Positions 50,758 through 60,103 of a DNA stretch of 64,000 nucleotides are shown here, in pieces (the stretch's first letter is position 1; each line of letters opens with the position of its first letter). Both the position numbers and the translations under genes were made by a program. The stretch spans positions 32,001-96,000 of the forward strand of contig CAWBOC010000001.1 of assembly GCA_963790305.1 (NCBI GenBank). The letters are read 5' to 3'. Source of the stretch: an uncultured Gemmatimonadaceae bacterium. GTDB lineage: Bacteria; Gemmatimonadota; Gemmatimonadetes; Gemmatimonadales; Gemmatimonadaceae. Below the pieces are notes generated by a model, which worked only from the letters and a program-made list of their open reading frames with translations, did not search any database and was not told where the DNA came from.

Positions 50758-51607
50758 GCTCCTAGGCGCCCACGTCTCCTCCGCCGGCGGCACGCCTAAC
50801 GCGCCCGGCCGCGCCAAGGCCATCGGGGCGACCGCCATGCAGATGTTCTCGAAGATGGCCAACCGGTGGGCAGAGCGACTCTGTGAAGACGATGAGTGTC
50901 GTGCGTTTACGGCGGCGCTCACCGCCACGGACGTCCGCGCGACGGCGGCGCACGACAGCTACCTCATCAATCTCGCCTCACCTGATCCGGTGCTGCGCGC
51001 GCGGTCGCTCGCGTCATTCGAGTCGGAGCTGCGCCGCTGCGAAGCGCTCGGCCTGGGATACCTCGTATCGCATCCCGGGAATTTCATGGATGATCGCGCG
51101 AGCGGAATCGCGCGGAACGCCGAGGCGATCGGCATCGCGCTCGAGCGAGTCCCGGGGCGGGTCGTCATCCTCATGGAAATGACGGCCGGCAGCGGTACCG
51201 CCATCGGGTCGAGTTTCGAAGAGATGGCATCGCTGATCGACGCTGTGCCGGCACCGCATCGCGATCGCGTCGCGGTTTGCGTGGATACCGCACACGTCTT
51301 CGCTGCCGGCTACGACCTGGTCAACGACTATGAGGGCGTCTGGTCGCGCTTCGCGGACACTCTCGGGATGCATCGGCTGAAGCTCATGCATCTGAACGAC
51401 TCCAAGACACCGCTCGGCTCGAGGCGAGACCGCCACGAGCTCATCGCCGAAGGCGCTCTCGGAGAGCGAGCATTCCGCAGCATCATGACCGATGAGCGAC
51501 TGGTCCACATCCCCAAGGTCATCGAGACGCCCAAGCTCGATGATGCGGAGACGACCGACCGGCGTATGCTCGAGCGGCTTCGGAGTTATGTCGCCTCCAG
51601 CCCGTAG
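50756..51607 (+). CDS. nfo: Endonuclease IV
   Basis: 'GAHVS.AGG', 'HDSYLINLAS', 'HPG', 'CVDTAH', 'HLNDSK', 'DRH', 'ETP'; the conserved N-terminus starts at CTG 50756 (first ATG is 50837). Confidence 0.9.
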   Translation: MLLGAHVSSAGGTPNAPGRAKAIGATAMQMFSKMANRWAERLCEDDECRAFTAALTATDVRATAAHDSYLINLASPDPVLRARSLASFESELRRCEALGLGYLVSHPGNFMDDRASGIARNAEAIGIALERVPGRVVILMEMTAGSGTAIGSSFEEMASLIDAVPAPHRDRVAVCVDTAHVFAAGYDLVNDYEGVWSRFADTLGMHRLKLMHLNDSKTPLGSRRDRHELIAEGALGERAFRSIMTDERLVHIPKVIETPKLDDAETTDRRMLERLRSYVASSP

Positions 51608-51642
51608 CGGCAGGCCTCGCGACGATGTTATTGTCGGTTAGC

Positions 51643-51990
51643 ATGCGAACCCCGCGCTCGCCCCGACTCATCGGCCTCACCGGCACTGTGCGCGCCGCTG
51701 CCGCCCTGGTGACGATGCTGCAGCTGCTCCTCGTCGCCGCCGCGCCGCTCGCGGAGCGACAGGACAGCACAGTTGCCGCAATCCACGTCGAGCAGGCAGG
51801 GACGAGCACGCATCACGCGCACGGCGAGCTGTGCGCAGTATGTGCCGCGTCGCACCTCGTCGCGCCGCCAGCGCGCGCCGCTACGGCACCCGTCGTGGCC
51901 AGCGTGACCACCAGCGCCAGCGACGTCTCTCGCCCTCCCTCGACCGCAGCAGAGAGGCTCGACACCCAGCCGCGCGCACCGCCGGCCTGA
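51643..51990 (+). CDS. DUF2946/CruR-like secreted leader protein with a His cluster, CxxC and C-terminal RAPP arrest motif
   Basis: Hydrophobic signal (AAAALVTMLQLLLVAAAPLA), 'HVE....THHAHGELCAVCAASH', Pro/Ala linker, ends QPRAPPA*; alternative ATG at 51625. Confidence 0.8.
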   Translation: MRTPRSPRLIGLTGTVRAAAALVTMLQLLLVAAAPLAERQDSTVAAIHVEQAGTSTHHAHGELCAVCAASHLVAPPARAATAPVVASVTTSASDVSRPPSTAAERLDTQPRAPPA

Positions 51991-52091
51991 CGCATCGCGC
52001 CTTCCTGGCGCGCTCCTCGTACCATCCGCAGAACCACCGATCGCGCACGGCCCTTCGCGCCGGCGCGGCACTGCACAGGAGCACGATGCGT
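51990..52091 (+). promoter_or_regulatory. Intergenic RNA stem able to sequester the SD and start codon of the downstream gene
   Basis: 51990-52007 acgcatcg-c-gc-ct-tcctg pairs with 52076-52091 cagga-gc-a-cgatgcgt, which contains AGGAG and the ATG at 52086. Confidence 0.7.
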
Positions 52092-53447
52092 ACAATTTTT
52101 TTCAGTGGGCTGCTGATCGCGCACATCAGTGCGACAGCCGGCGCACAGCAACCCGATACGACGGCTCGGCGCGACTCGATCGCGCGCGCGGACAGCATTG
52201 CGCGGGCGGACTCGATCCGCCTGGTGCGCGAGCTCGAGCGCATCCGCGGCGAGGCGCGCCCGCCGCATGTCATGGGCGGCATGGCGCCCGCGCAGCCGCA
52301 GCAGCCCAACAACCCCGGACTCAACCCGAGCATCAGCGTCATGGGCGACATCGTCGTCGACGCGAGCCCCGATGGCAGCACACTCGAATCGGCTCGGCGA
52401 TTCGACATGCGCGAGGTCGAGCTGGCGCTGGGCGCCAACGTCGACCCGTTCTTCCGCGGCGATTTCATTCTGGGGCTCAGCGACGAGGAAGGCATCGCGA
52501 TCGAGGAGGGATACCTCACCACGACGTCGCTGCCATGGCAGCTCCAGGTGCGGGCTGGCCGGTTCCACCTTCCCTTCGGCAAGCAGAATACGACGCACCG
52601 CGCCGAGCTTCACACCATCGAATACCCGTACGTCATCCAGCGCCTGCTCGGCGATCACGGGGGAAAGGGGACCGGCGTCGCGTTGAGCAAGATCTTCTCA
52701 CCGTTTGGCTTCTATCAGGAGATTCAGCTCACGGCGATCGAACGATTCCCGGAGGAGCATCACGAGGAGGACGGCGGTCATCTCGCCGAGCATGGGTTCG
52801 AGGGAACTCCCGCCGAGCCGCCTAACCATTCGCTCGAGGGGCTGGGCTACACCGCTCGCTTCCGGAACTACTGGGACATTGGCGAGGCCACGAACTTCGA
52901 GGTGTCGTTTAGCGCCGGCACGGGCCGCATTGATGAGCCGTTCGGATGCGAGTCAGTGCTGACACCGGGACATTTCGATCCCTGTCCCGGCCCGCGCGGA
53001 GAGACCGCAGTGCTCGCGCGACAATCGCTCCTCGCCGGCGATCTCACCTTTCGGTGGCGACCGCTGCAGCACGGCTTGTATCGCTCGTTCATTCTCCAGG
53101 CGGAGGTGATGCGCCAGCATAACGACGAGCCAGCGCTTCCGGCCGGGCTCCCGGCCGGCGCTTCATATCTCGGTCCGACAGAGGAGACCACGGGCCTGTA
53201 CGTCTTCAGCCGGTGGCAGCTGTCACGGCGCCTGTTCGTTGGGGCCCGGTATGACCGGGTCGAGGCAGCGGCAGACGCGGAGCGAGACTTATCAGCGATT
53301 TCGGGGTACTTACAGTTCTTCCCCAGCGAGTTCTCGAAGATGGTGCTGGGGTATGAAAACCTACGGCCCGACGTCGGCGATCGCGTGAACCGTCTGCTCC
53401 TGCAGATGACGATCGCCATTGGACCGCACCGGCCACACCCGTTTTGA
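52086..53447 (+). CDS. Outer-membrane beta-barrel/porin-like metal uptake protein
   Basis: Signal peptide, 'NPSISV.GD', 'REVELALGANVDPFF', His/Glu loop EEHHEEDGGHLAEH, amphipathic strands, C-terminal GPHRPHPF; no plug/TonB box evident. Confidence 0.75.
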   Translation: MRTIFFSGLLIAHISATAGAQQPDTTARRDSIARADSIARADSIRLVRELERIRGEARPPHVMGGMAPAQPQQPNNPGLNPSISVMGDIVVDASPDGSTLESARRFDMREVELALGANVDPFFRGDFILGLSDEEGIAIEEGYLTTTSLPWQLQVRAGRFHLPFGKQNTTHRAELHTIEYPYVIQRLLGDHGGKGTGVALSKIFSPFGFYQEIQLTAIERFPEEHHEEDGGHLAEHGFEGTPAEPPNHSLEGLGYTARFRNYWDIGEATNFEVSFSAGTGRIDEPFGCESVLTPGHFDPCPGPRGETAVLARQSLLAGDLTFRWRPLQHGLYRSFILQAEVMRQHNDEPALPAGLPAGASYLGPTEETTGLYVFSRWQLSRRLFVGARYDRVEAAADAERDLSAISGYLQFFPSEFSKMVLGYENLRPDVGDRVNRLLLQMTIAIGPHRPHPF

Positions 53448-53459
53448 GCGGATGGACAT

Positions 53460-54362
53460 ATGAAACGCCTCGTCATCATTGGCGCGGCTGTGGCGACGCT
53501 TGGCTCTCCACTGTCCGCGCAGAAGCTTCGAATCGTCACCAGCACCACCGACCTGCACGACATCGCCCATGTCGTGGGCGGCAATCGCGTCGACGCCATG
53601 CACATTGCCGCGGGCTATCAGGACCCGCACTTCGTCGAGGCGAAGCCGAGCTTCGCCCTTCAGCTCGCGAAGGCCGACGTCTTCGCGTACGTGGGGTTGG
53701 ACCTCGAAATCGGCTGGATGCCGTCGCTCCTTGACGCGGCTCGCAACCGCCGGATCAACCGGGGTGGCAGCGGCGACGTGGACGTGTCGCGCGCGATCCC
53801 CGTGCTCGACGTGCAGGCGAACGCCGACCGCTCCATGGGCGATGTGCATCCGCGCGGGAACCCGCACTACTGGCTGCATCCCGAGAACGGCAAGCGCATC
53901 GCGCGCCTTTTCCGCGACAAGTTTTCCGAGCTCGATGCACAAGGCGTGTCGTCGTATCGCGGGAACACCGCGCGCTTCGAGGCCCGCATCGACTCGACCG
54001 TTCGCGCGCTCGCCCCGCAGCTCGCGGCGATTCGCAATCAACCGGTCGTGGCGTACCACACCAGCTGGCGCTACTTCCAGGACTTCACCGGCATGAACAT
54101 CGTCGGGTTCATTGAGCCCAAACCGGGCGTTCCGCCGTCCGCCTCTCACCTCGCCGGGCTCATTCAGCACATGAAGCGCACGAAGGCGAAGGTGATCATC
54201 ATGGAGCCGTTCTACGACCGGAAGATGCCGGACTTCGTCGCGCGCAACACGGGGGCCACGGTGCTCGTGTTGCCCCCGTCGGTAGCAGCGGTGAAGGGCG
54301 TCGACAACTACCTGGAGCTCATCGCCTACGACGTTCGACGCCTCGCCGAGGCGCTGCGTTGA
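53460..54362 (+). CDS. Metal ABC transporter substrate-binding protein (ZnuA/TroA cluster)
   Basis: 'DPHFVEAKP', 'GNPHYWL', 'YHTSW.YF', 'EPKPGVPPS'. Confidence 0.92.
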   Translation: MKRLVIIGAAVATLGSPLSAQKLRIVTSTTDLHDIAHVVGGNRVDAMHIAAGYQDPHFVEAKPSFALQLAKADVFAYVGLDLEIGWMPSLLDAARNRRINRGGSGDVDVSRAIPVLDVQANADRSMGDVHPRGNPHYWLHPENGKRIARLFRDKFSELDAQGVSSYRGNTARFEARIDSTVRALAPQLAAIRNQPVVAYHTSWRYFQDFTGMNIVGFIEPKPGVPPSASHLAGLIQHMKRTKAKVIIMEPFYDRKMPDFVARNTGATVLVLPPSVAAVKGVDNYLELIAYDVRRLAEALR

Positions 54363-55135
54363 GCGCGTTGGTGACGTTCGATCACGCGACGCTCGCATAT
54401 GGGCGTCGCGTGGTGCTTTCGGACCTCACCTTTCAGATTCCCGAAGGAGACTTTCTCGGCCTCGTGGGGCCTAACGGCGCCGGCAAGACGACAATCCTCC
54501 GCGCCATCCTCGGCACGCTCGATCCGACCAGCGGAACCGTAACCCGCCGCCCGGAGCTCAGGTTCGGCTACGTCCCGCAACGGGATCAGGTCGACTACAA
54601 CTTCCCGCTGCGAGTGCTCGACGTCGTCCTGATGGGCCGCTACGACCGCGTCGGCATCGGTCGCCGGCCCAGGCGCGACGATCGTGATCGCGCCCTCGCC
54701 GCACTCGATGCCGTGGGCATTCGGGAGCTGGCGATGGAGCCGTTGACCCGGCTCTCCGGTGGACAGAAGCAGCGCACGCTCATCGCGCGGGCGCTCGTGG
54801 GCGAGCCGAACCTGCTGGTGCTCGATGAGCCGACGACGGGGATGGATCTCGTCTCGACGACGCAGATTCTCGGACTGGTGCGTGAGCTGCACGAGCGGAG
54901 CGGGCTCACGGTGCTGATGGTGAGTCATGCGCTCAACGAGATCGCGAACTACGTCAGGCGAATCGCTCTGGTGCAGGAAGGAAGCTTCCGCATCGGCGCC
55001 GTCGACGAGATCGTGAACGAGCGCACGTTGAGTGAGGTCTATGGCATCCCGGTGGAAGTCGATTCCTTCGCGGGACATCGCATCGTCCTCGCCCGACGTG
55101 GCTCGGCGGTGGTGAAGCCGGGGGAGCGGCGGTGA
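54359..55135 (+). CDS. Metal ABC transporter ATP-binding protein (ZnuC-like)
   Basis: 'GPNGAGKT', 'GYVPQ', 'LSGGQKQR', 'LDEPT', 'VSH'. Confidence 0.92.
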   Translation: MSALVTFDHATLAYGRRVVLSDLTFQIPEGDFLGLVGPNGAGKTTILRAILGTLDPTSGTVTRRPELRFGYVPQRDQVDYNFPLRVLDVVLMGRYDRVGIGRRPRRDDRDRALAALDAVGIRELAMEPLTRLSGGQKQRTLIARALVGEPNLLVLDEPTTGMDLVSTTQILGLVRELHERSGLTVLMVSHALNEIANYVRRIALVQEGSFRIGAVDEIVNERTLSEVYGIPVEVDSFAGHRIVLARRGSAVVKPGERR

Positions 55136-55956
55136 TCGACGCGATTCTCCTCTTTCGCGATGCGCTGTACGGCGCGCTCGTCATCGCGCTCGTCTGCTCG
55201 GCACTCGGTGTCTACGTGGTTCTCCGACGGATCGTCTTCGTGGGCGCGTCGCTGGCGCAGATGTCGACGCTCGGCATCGCGATATCGTTCTGGTTGGCCG
55301 GCATTGGCGTCGCGGGGGTGATCACCAGCAAGCCCGTCATTCTCTCGCTCCTCGCGACGCTCCTCGGCGTCGTGTTCTTTGCGACGGGGATGCGGCGGGC
55401 ACGCATTCCGGCTGACGCCCGCATCGGTGTGGCGTACGTGGTGGCCGGCGCGCTGGCGATTCTCTTCATCGCCAAGGCCGCCGTCGGCGAAGCGCACGAC
55501 ATCTTCCTGCAGGGCAACATCCTCGGCATCACGCGTGGCGATTGGCTCGTCCTCCTTGGCGTGAGCGTCCCGGTGCTTCTCGTGCACGTGCTGTTCTACA
55601 AGGAATTTCTGTTCATCTCCTTCGACCAGGAAACCGCGCGCACGCTCGGGTATCGTGTCGAGCGTTGGACGCTCCTGCTGTATCTGACGATAGGCTTGTC
55701 GATCGCGTTCGCGATGCAGTTCGCGGGGTTGATGCTCGTCTTCGACTTCCTCGTGTTGCCCGCGGTGACCGGTCTGCTGCTGGCCCGTGGAATGGGCGGC
55801 GTGTTCGCGTGGGCGATTGGGGCGGGACTCGCGGCGGCGGTGATTGGCTTTTCGCTCTCCGTTCCGTTCGACCTTCCTACTGGTCCAGCCATCGTCGCGG
55901 TGTCCGGAGTGCTCGTGATCCTCGCATGGCTCATACGCCGACTTCGAGAGCGGTAG
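55132..55956 (+). CDS. Metal ABC transporter permease (ZnuB/ABC-3)
   Basis: 'LGVYVVLRRIVFVG', 'GNIL', 'SFDQETA', 'DLPTGPAIV'. Confidence 0.92.
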   Translation: MIDAILLFRDALYGALVIALVCSALGVYVVLRRIVFVGASLAQMSTLGIAISFWLAGIGVAGVITSKPVILSLLATLLGVVFFATGMRRARIPADARIGVAYVVAGALAILFIAKAAVGEAHDIFLQGNILGITRGDWLVLLGVSVPVLLVHVLFYKEFLFISFDQETARTLGYRVERWTLLLYLTIGLSIAFAMQFAGLMLVFDFLVLPAVTGLLLARGMGGVFAWAIGAGLAAAVIGFSLSVPFDLPTGPAIVAVSGVLVILAWLIRRLRER

Positions 55957-55968
55957 CGCGACGCGCGA

Positions 55969-55997
55969 TTGACGGACACGTTCGAGGCGGGTAAGTT
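55969..55997 (+). promoter_or_regulatory. Putative sigma70 promoter for maeB-pckA
   Basis: TTGACG - 17 bp - TAAGTT. Confidence 0.55.
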
Positions 55998-56017
55998 CAC
56001 GCGTCTCATGGTGTTAC

Positions 56018-56059
56018 AATGAGGAATGGGGACTGCCTCATTCCTCATTTCTCATTTCC
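56018..56059. repeat. Short 7-mer (TCTCATT-type) hairpin element in the maeB leader
   Basis: aatgaggaatggggactgcctcattcctcatttctcatttc. Confidence 0.6.
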
Positions 56060-56071
56060 TACCTCGAATAG

Positions 56072-58357
56072 ATGTCGACAAGCAGAGAGGACGCGCTCGA
56101 GTACCACGCCCGCGAGCGGCCCGGCAAGATCGCGGTCGTCCCGACGAAGCCGCTCACCAATCAGCGCGACCTCTCTCTCGCCTATTCTCCCGGCGTCGCC
56201 GAGCCTTGTCTCGAGATCAAGGCGAATCCGGAGGACGCGTATCGCTACACCGCCAAGGGCAACCTGGTCGCGGTCGTCACCAACGGAACCGCCGTGCTCG
56301 GTCTTGGCAACATCGGAGCATTGGCGGGGAAGCCGGTGATGGAGGGCAAAGGAAACCTCTTCAAGCAATTCGCCGATCTCGATGTCTTCGATCTCGAGGT
56401 GGGCTCGGAGAGTCCCGATGATGTGATTCGCTTCTGTCAGCTCCTCGAGCCGACGGTCGGCGGGATCAACCTCGAGGACATCAAGGCGCCCGACTGCTTC
56501 TACATCGAGGAGACGCTGCGGAAGACGATGAAGATCCCCGTCTTCCACGACGACCAGCACGGCACGGCGATCATCTCGGGGGCAGGGCTCTTGAATGCCG
56601 TCGAGATCGTCGGCAAGAACCTGGACACGATTCGGGTCGTCTTCTCCGGCGCCGGCGCCGCCGCCATCGCAACCGCCGAGCACTATGTACGACTCGGCGT
56701 GCGCCGCGAGCACATCACGCTCTGCGATCGCGAAGGGGTGATCTATCGAGGGCGGCCCGGCCAGCTCGATCCCTACAAGGCGCGGTTCGCTCTCGAGACG
56801 TCTGCCCGAACCATCGGCGATGCGCTCAAGGGTGCGGATGTCTTCGTGGGCCTCTCGGTCGCCGGCGCCGTAACCCGGGAGATGATCGCCGGCATGGCGG
56901 CGAAGCCCATCGTCTTCGCACTCGCCAACCCGGTACCGGAAATCCTGCCTGACGAGGTCCGCGCGGCCCGCACAGACGCGATCGTGGCCACCGGGCGGAG
57001 CGATTACCCGAACCAGGTCAACAACGTCCTCGGATTTCCGTTCATCTTCCGGGGCGCGCTCGATGCCCGCGCCACGGAGATCAACGAGGAGATGAAGATG
57101 GCGGCGACGCGTGCGCTGGCGTCGCTGGCGCGGCAGGACGTGCCGGAAAGCGTCGCGCGACTGTATGGGCTGGAGTCGGTGAGGTTTGGTCCCGACTACA
57201 TCATCCCCTTCCCGTTCGATCCGCGCGTACTGCTGTGGGTGGCGCCAGCGGTCGCCTGGGCCGCTGTCGCCACCGGCGTGGCGCGGGAGTTCATCGAGCT
57301 CGACGAGTATCGCGAGCGCCTCGAGGCGCGGCTGGGCCGTGCGCGAGGCATTCTGCGCGGCGTGATCCTGCGCGCACAGCACGCCCCCAAGCGTGTCGTC
57401 TTTCCCGAAGGGGAAGAGCCGAAAGTCATCCGGGCCGCGCGCATCCTGGTGGACGATGGTATCGCACAGCCGGTGCTGTTAGGCAATCGCGTCATCATCG
57501 AGCACCTCGCGCATGAGCTGGGCCTCTCCCTCGAGGACATTGCGACGGAGGACCCGTACAGCTCTCCGAACCGCGACCGGTACGCCACGGCGCTCTGGGA
57601 TCGGCGCCAGCGAAAGGGGCTCTCACTCGCCGAGGCGAATCAGCGGCTGCTGAATCCGAACTACTTCGGATCGATGATGGTCGCGCTCCAGGACGCCGAT
57701 GCGCTCGTCTCGGGAGTCAACCTGCATTACCCCGAGACCATCAGGCCGGCGCTGGAGGTGATCGGCGCGCACCCGCGGGCCGGTCTCGTCAGCGGCCTGT
57801 ACATGCTGGTCTTCGAGAAGCACGTCGTCTTTTGTGGGGACACGACCGTCAACATCGAGCCCACCTCGGAGCAGCTGGCGCAGATCGGTTACGCGGCGGC
57901 GCGCATCGTGCGCACCTTGGGCATTGAGCCGCGGGTTGCCATGCTGTCATTCTCGAACTTTGGCTCCGTCCGGCACCCCGAAGCCGAGAAGGTGGCACGA
58001 GCGGTTGCGCTGTTACGAGCGCGGGACCCGAGCCTCATCGTCGATGGCGAAATGCAGGCGGACACGGCGCTTGACGAGCACAAGCTCAACAAGACATACC
58101 CGTTCTCGGCACTCAAGGAGGCCGCCAACGTGCTGATCTTCCCGAGCTTGAGCGCCGGCAACATCGCCTACAAGTTGTTGCATCACCTGGGGGGCGCGAC
58201 GGCGATCGGACCCATCCTGGTGGGCATGCGCCGGCCGGTGCACGTTCTCGAGGAAGGGGCCGAGGTCGAGGAGATCGTCAACATGGCCGCGGTCGCGGTC
58301 GTGGACGCACAGGAGCGCGAACATCACACAGGATCCATGCGCGCGGTCGAAGGCTGA
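56072..58357 (+). CDS. maeB: NADP-dependent malic enzyme with a C-terminal phosphotransacetylase-like domain
   Basis: 'SLAYSPGVA', 'NGTAVLGLG', 'KPVMEGK', 'HDDQHGTA', '[11 protein letters not shown]'; PTA domain 'DGEMQAD'. Confidence 0.96.
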   Translation: MSTSREDALEYHARERPGKIAVVPTKPLTNQRDLSLAYSPGVAEPCLEIKANPEDAYRYTAKGNLVAVVTNGTAVLGLGNIGALAGKPVMEGKGNLFKQFADLDVFDLEVGSESPDDVIRFCQLLEPTVGGINLEDIKAPDCFYIEETLRKTMKIPVFHDDQHGTAIISGAGLLNAVEIVGKNLDTIRVVFSGAGAAAIATAEHYVRLGVRREHITLCDREGVIYRGRPGQLDPYKARFALETSARTIGDALKGADVFVGLSVAGAVTREMIAGMAAKPIVFALANPVPEILPDEVRAARTDAIVATGRSDYPNQVNNVLGFPFIFRGALDARATEINEEMKMAATRALASLARQDVPESVARLYGLESVRFGPDYIIPFPFDPRVLLWVAPAVAWAAVATGVAREFIELDEYRERLEARLGRARGILRGVILRAQHAPKRVVFPEGEEPKVIRAARILVDDGIAQPVLLGNRVIIEHLAHELGLSLEDIATEDPYSSPNRDRYATALWDRRQRKGLSLAEANQRLLNPNYFGSMMVALQDADALVSGVNLHYPETIRPALEVIGAHPRAGLVSGLYMLVFEKHVVFCGDTTVNIEPTSEQLAQIGYAAARIVRTLGIEPRVAMLSFSNFGSVRHPEAEKVARAVALLRARDPSLIVDGEMQADTALDEHKLNKTYPFSALKEAANVLIFPSLSAGNIAYKLLHHLGGATAIGPILVGMRRPVHVLEEGAEVEEIVNMAAVAVVDAQEREHHTGSMRAVEG

Positions 58358-58381
58358 GTCGCGCACAGGCGAGGACGAGCG

Positions 58382-60010
58382 ATGGCCACACGGATGAAGC
58401 CGCGAGCGGAGCGACCTTCCGCACGAGCGGCGGCGCAGGGGCTGGAGCCTCAAGGCCTCGAGCCGCGCGGCGACGTACACTGGAATTCGATCCCCCCCGA
58501 GCTCGTGCAAGCGGCGATTCGCCGCGGCGAGGGCGAGCTCGCCGACATGGGTCCGTTCGTCGCCGTCACGTCACCGCATACCGGCCGCTCCCCTAACGAC
58601 AAGTTCGTCGTCAAGGAACCGGGCACGGAGAAGGACGTCTGGTGGGGCAAGGTGAACGTCGCGTTCGACGCCGAAAAGTTCGACGTGTTGCTGGCGGACG
58701 TGCAGCGGCACCTCGACGAGCAGACGGAGGTCTTCGTTCAGGATCTATACGCGGGCGCGGATAGCGCGCATCGGGTGCGGGTGCGTTTCGTGACACCGAA
58801 CGCGTGGCACTCGCTCTTCGTGCGCAACATGTTCATCCGCCCCGACCCGATCGATCTTCCGACCTTCGAGGCGGACTTCAGCGTGCTGCATGCGCCGGAG
58901 TTCCATGCCGATCCGACGAAGCATGGGACGCGGACAGGAACCTTCATCATCCTGAACTTCGCGCGGCGGGTGATCCTCATCGGCGGCACCCGCTACGCCG
59001 GCGAGTTGAAGAAGGCGATCTTCACGGTGATGAACTACCTGCTGCCCAAGCGCGGAGTGCTCTCGATGCACTGCTCCGCGAACGTGGGACACGCGGGGGA
59101 TACCGCGCTCTTCTTTGGGCTGTCCGGCACCGGCAAGACGACGCTCTCCGCCGATCCCGACCGGTGGCTCATCGGAGACGATGAGCACGGATGGTCAGCC
59201 GACGGCGTGTTCAACTTCGAGGGCGGGTGCTACGCGAAGGTGATCAACCTCTCGGAGGACGGGGAGCCGGACATCTACCGCACTACGCAGATGTTCGGGA
59301 CGATCCTCGAGAACGTCGTGCTCGAGCCACACACGCGGCGCGTCGACTTCGTCAACCAGTCGATCACCGAGAACACGCGGGCCTCGTATCCACTGCATTA
59401 CATCCGCAACATCGTTCCGACAGGACGAGGCGACCACCCGCGGAATGTCGTGTTTCTCACCGCCGACGCATTCGGGGTCCTGCCGCCGATCGCGCGCCTA
59501 ACGCCCGCGCAGGCACGCTACTACTTCCTGTCCGGCTACACGGCCAAGGTCGCTGGCACCGAGCGCGGCGTGAAGGAGCCGCAGGCGACGTTCAGCTCCT
59601 GCTTCGGGGCCGTGTTCCTCGTGTGGCATCCCTCCGTGTATTCCCGCATGCTCGGCGAGCTCCTGGCGAAGCACAACTCGCGGGTATGGCTGGTGAACAC
59701 CGGGTGGACGGGAGGGCCCTACGGCGTCGGCAACCGGATGAAGCTCGCCTATACGCGCGCAATGGTTCGTGCCGCCCTGGCCGGTGAGCTCGATCGTGTG
59801 CCGACAATGCGCGATTCGGTCTTCGGCCTCGAGGTCCCGAAGAGCGTTCCCGGCGTGTCGTCCGACGTGATGAACCCGCGCGCCACATGGGCCGACCCGG
59901 CAGCGTACGACGCGCAGGCGCACAAGCTGGCGGAGATGTTCGTCAAGAACTTCGAGCAGTTCGCCGATCACGTGGATCCGTCGGTGCGCGACGCGGGACC
60001 GAAGATCTGA
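58382..60010 (+). CDS. pckA: Phosphoenolpyruvate carboxykinase (ATP)
   Basis: 'TGRSPNDK', 'MHCSAN', '[13 protein letters not shown]', 'IGDDEHGW', 'NFEGGCYAK'. Confidence 0.97.
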   Translation: MATRMKPRAERPSARAAAQGLEPQGLEPRGDVHWNSIPPELVQAAIRRGEGELADMGPFVAVTSPHTGRSPNDKFVVKEPGTEKDVWWGKVNVAFDAEKFDVLLADVQRHLDEQTEVFVQDLYAGADSAHRVRVRFVTPNAWHSLFVRNMFIRPDPIDLPTFEADFSVLHAPEFHADPTKHGTRTGTFIILNFARRVILIGGTRYAGELKKAIFTVMNYLLPKRGVLSMHCSANVGHAGDTALFFGLSGTGKTTLSADPDRWLIGDDEHGWSADGVFNFEGGCYAKVINLSEDGEPDIYRTTQMFGTILENVVLEPHTRRVDFVNQSITENTRASYPLHYIRNIVPTGRGDHPRNVVFLTADAFGVLPPIARLTPAQARYYFLSGYTAKVAGTERGVKEPQATFSSCFGAVFLVWHPSVYSRMLGELLAKHNSRVWLVNTGWTGGPYGVGNRMKLAYTRAMVRAALAGELDRVPTMRDSVFGLEVPKSVPGVSSDVMNPRATWADPAAYDAQAHKLAEMFVKNFEQFADHVDPSVRDAGPKI

Positions 60011-60097
60011 GGTCGTCGAGGTCGTCGAGGGTGTCGAGGTGATCAAGGTGAAGTCGCCTCGATCGCCTCGATTTCCTCCACGACCTCGATCACCTTG
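60009..60097. repeat. 9-mer inverted-arm element (TCGAGGTCG family)
   Basis: gaggtcgtcgaggtcgtcgagggtgtcgaggtgatcaagg ... cctcgatcgcctcgatttcctccacgacctcgatcacctt. Confidence 0.9.
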
Positions 60098-60103
60098 AAG
60101 TCC

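Noticed and set aside
51601..51642. Zur/Fur box upstream of the metal uptake locus
   Set aside because: No AT-rich palindrome is recognisable in the 35-bp gap after nfo
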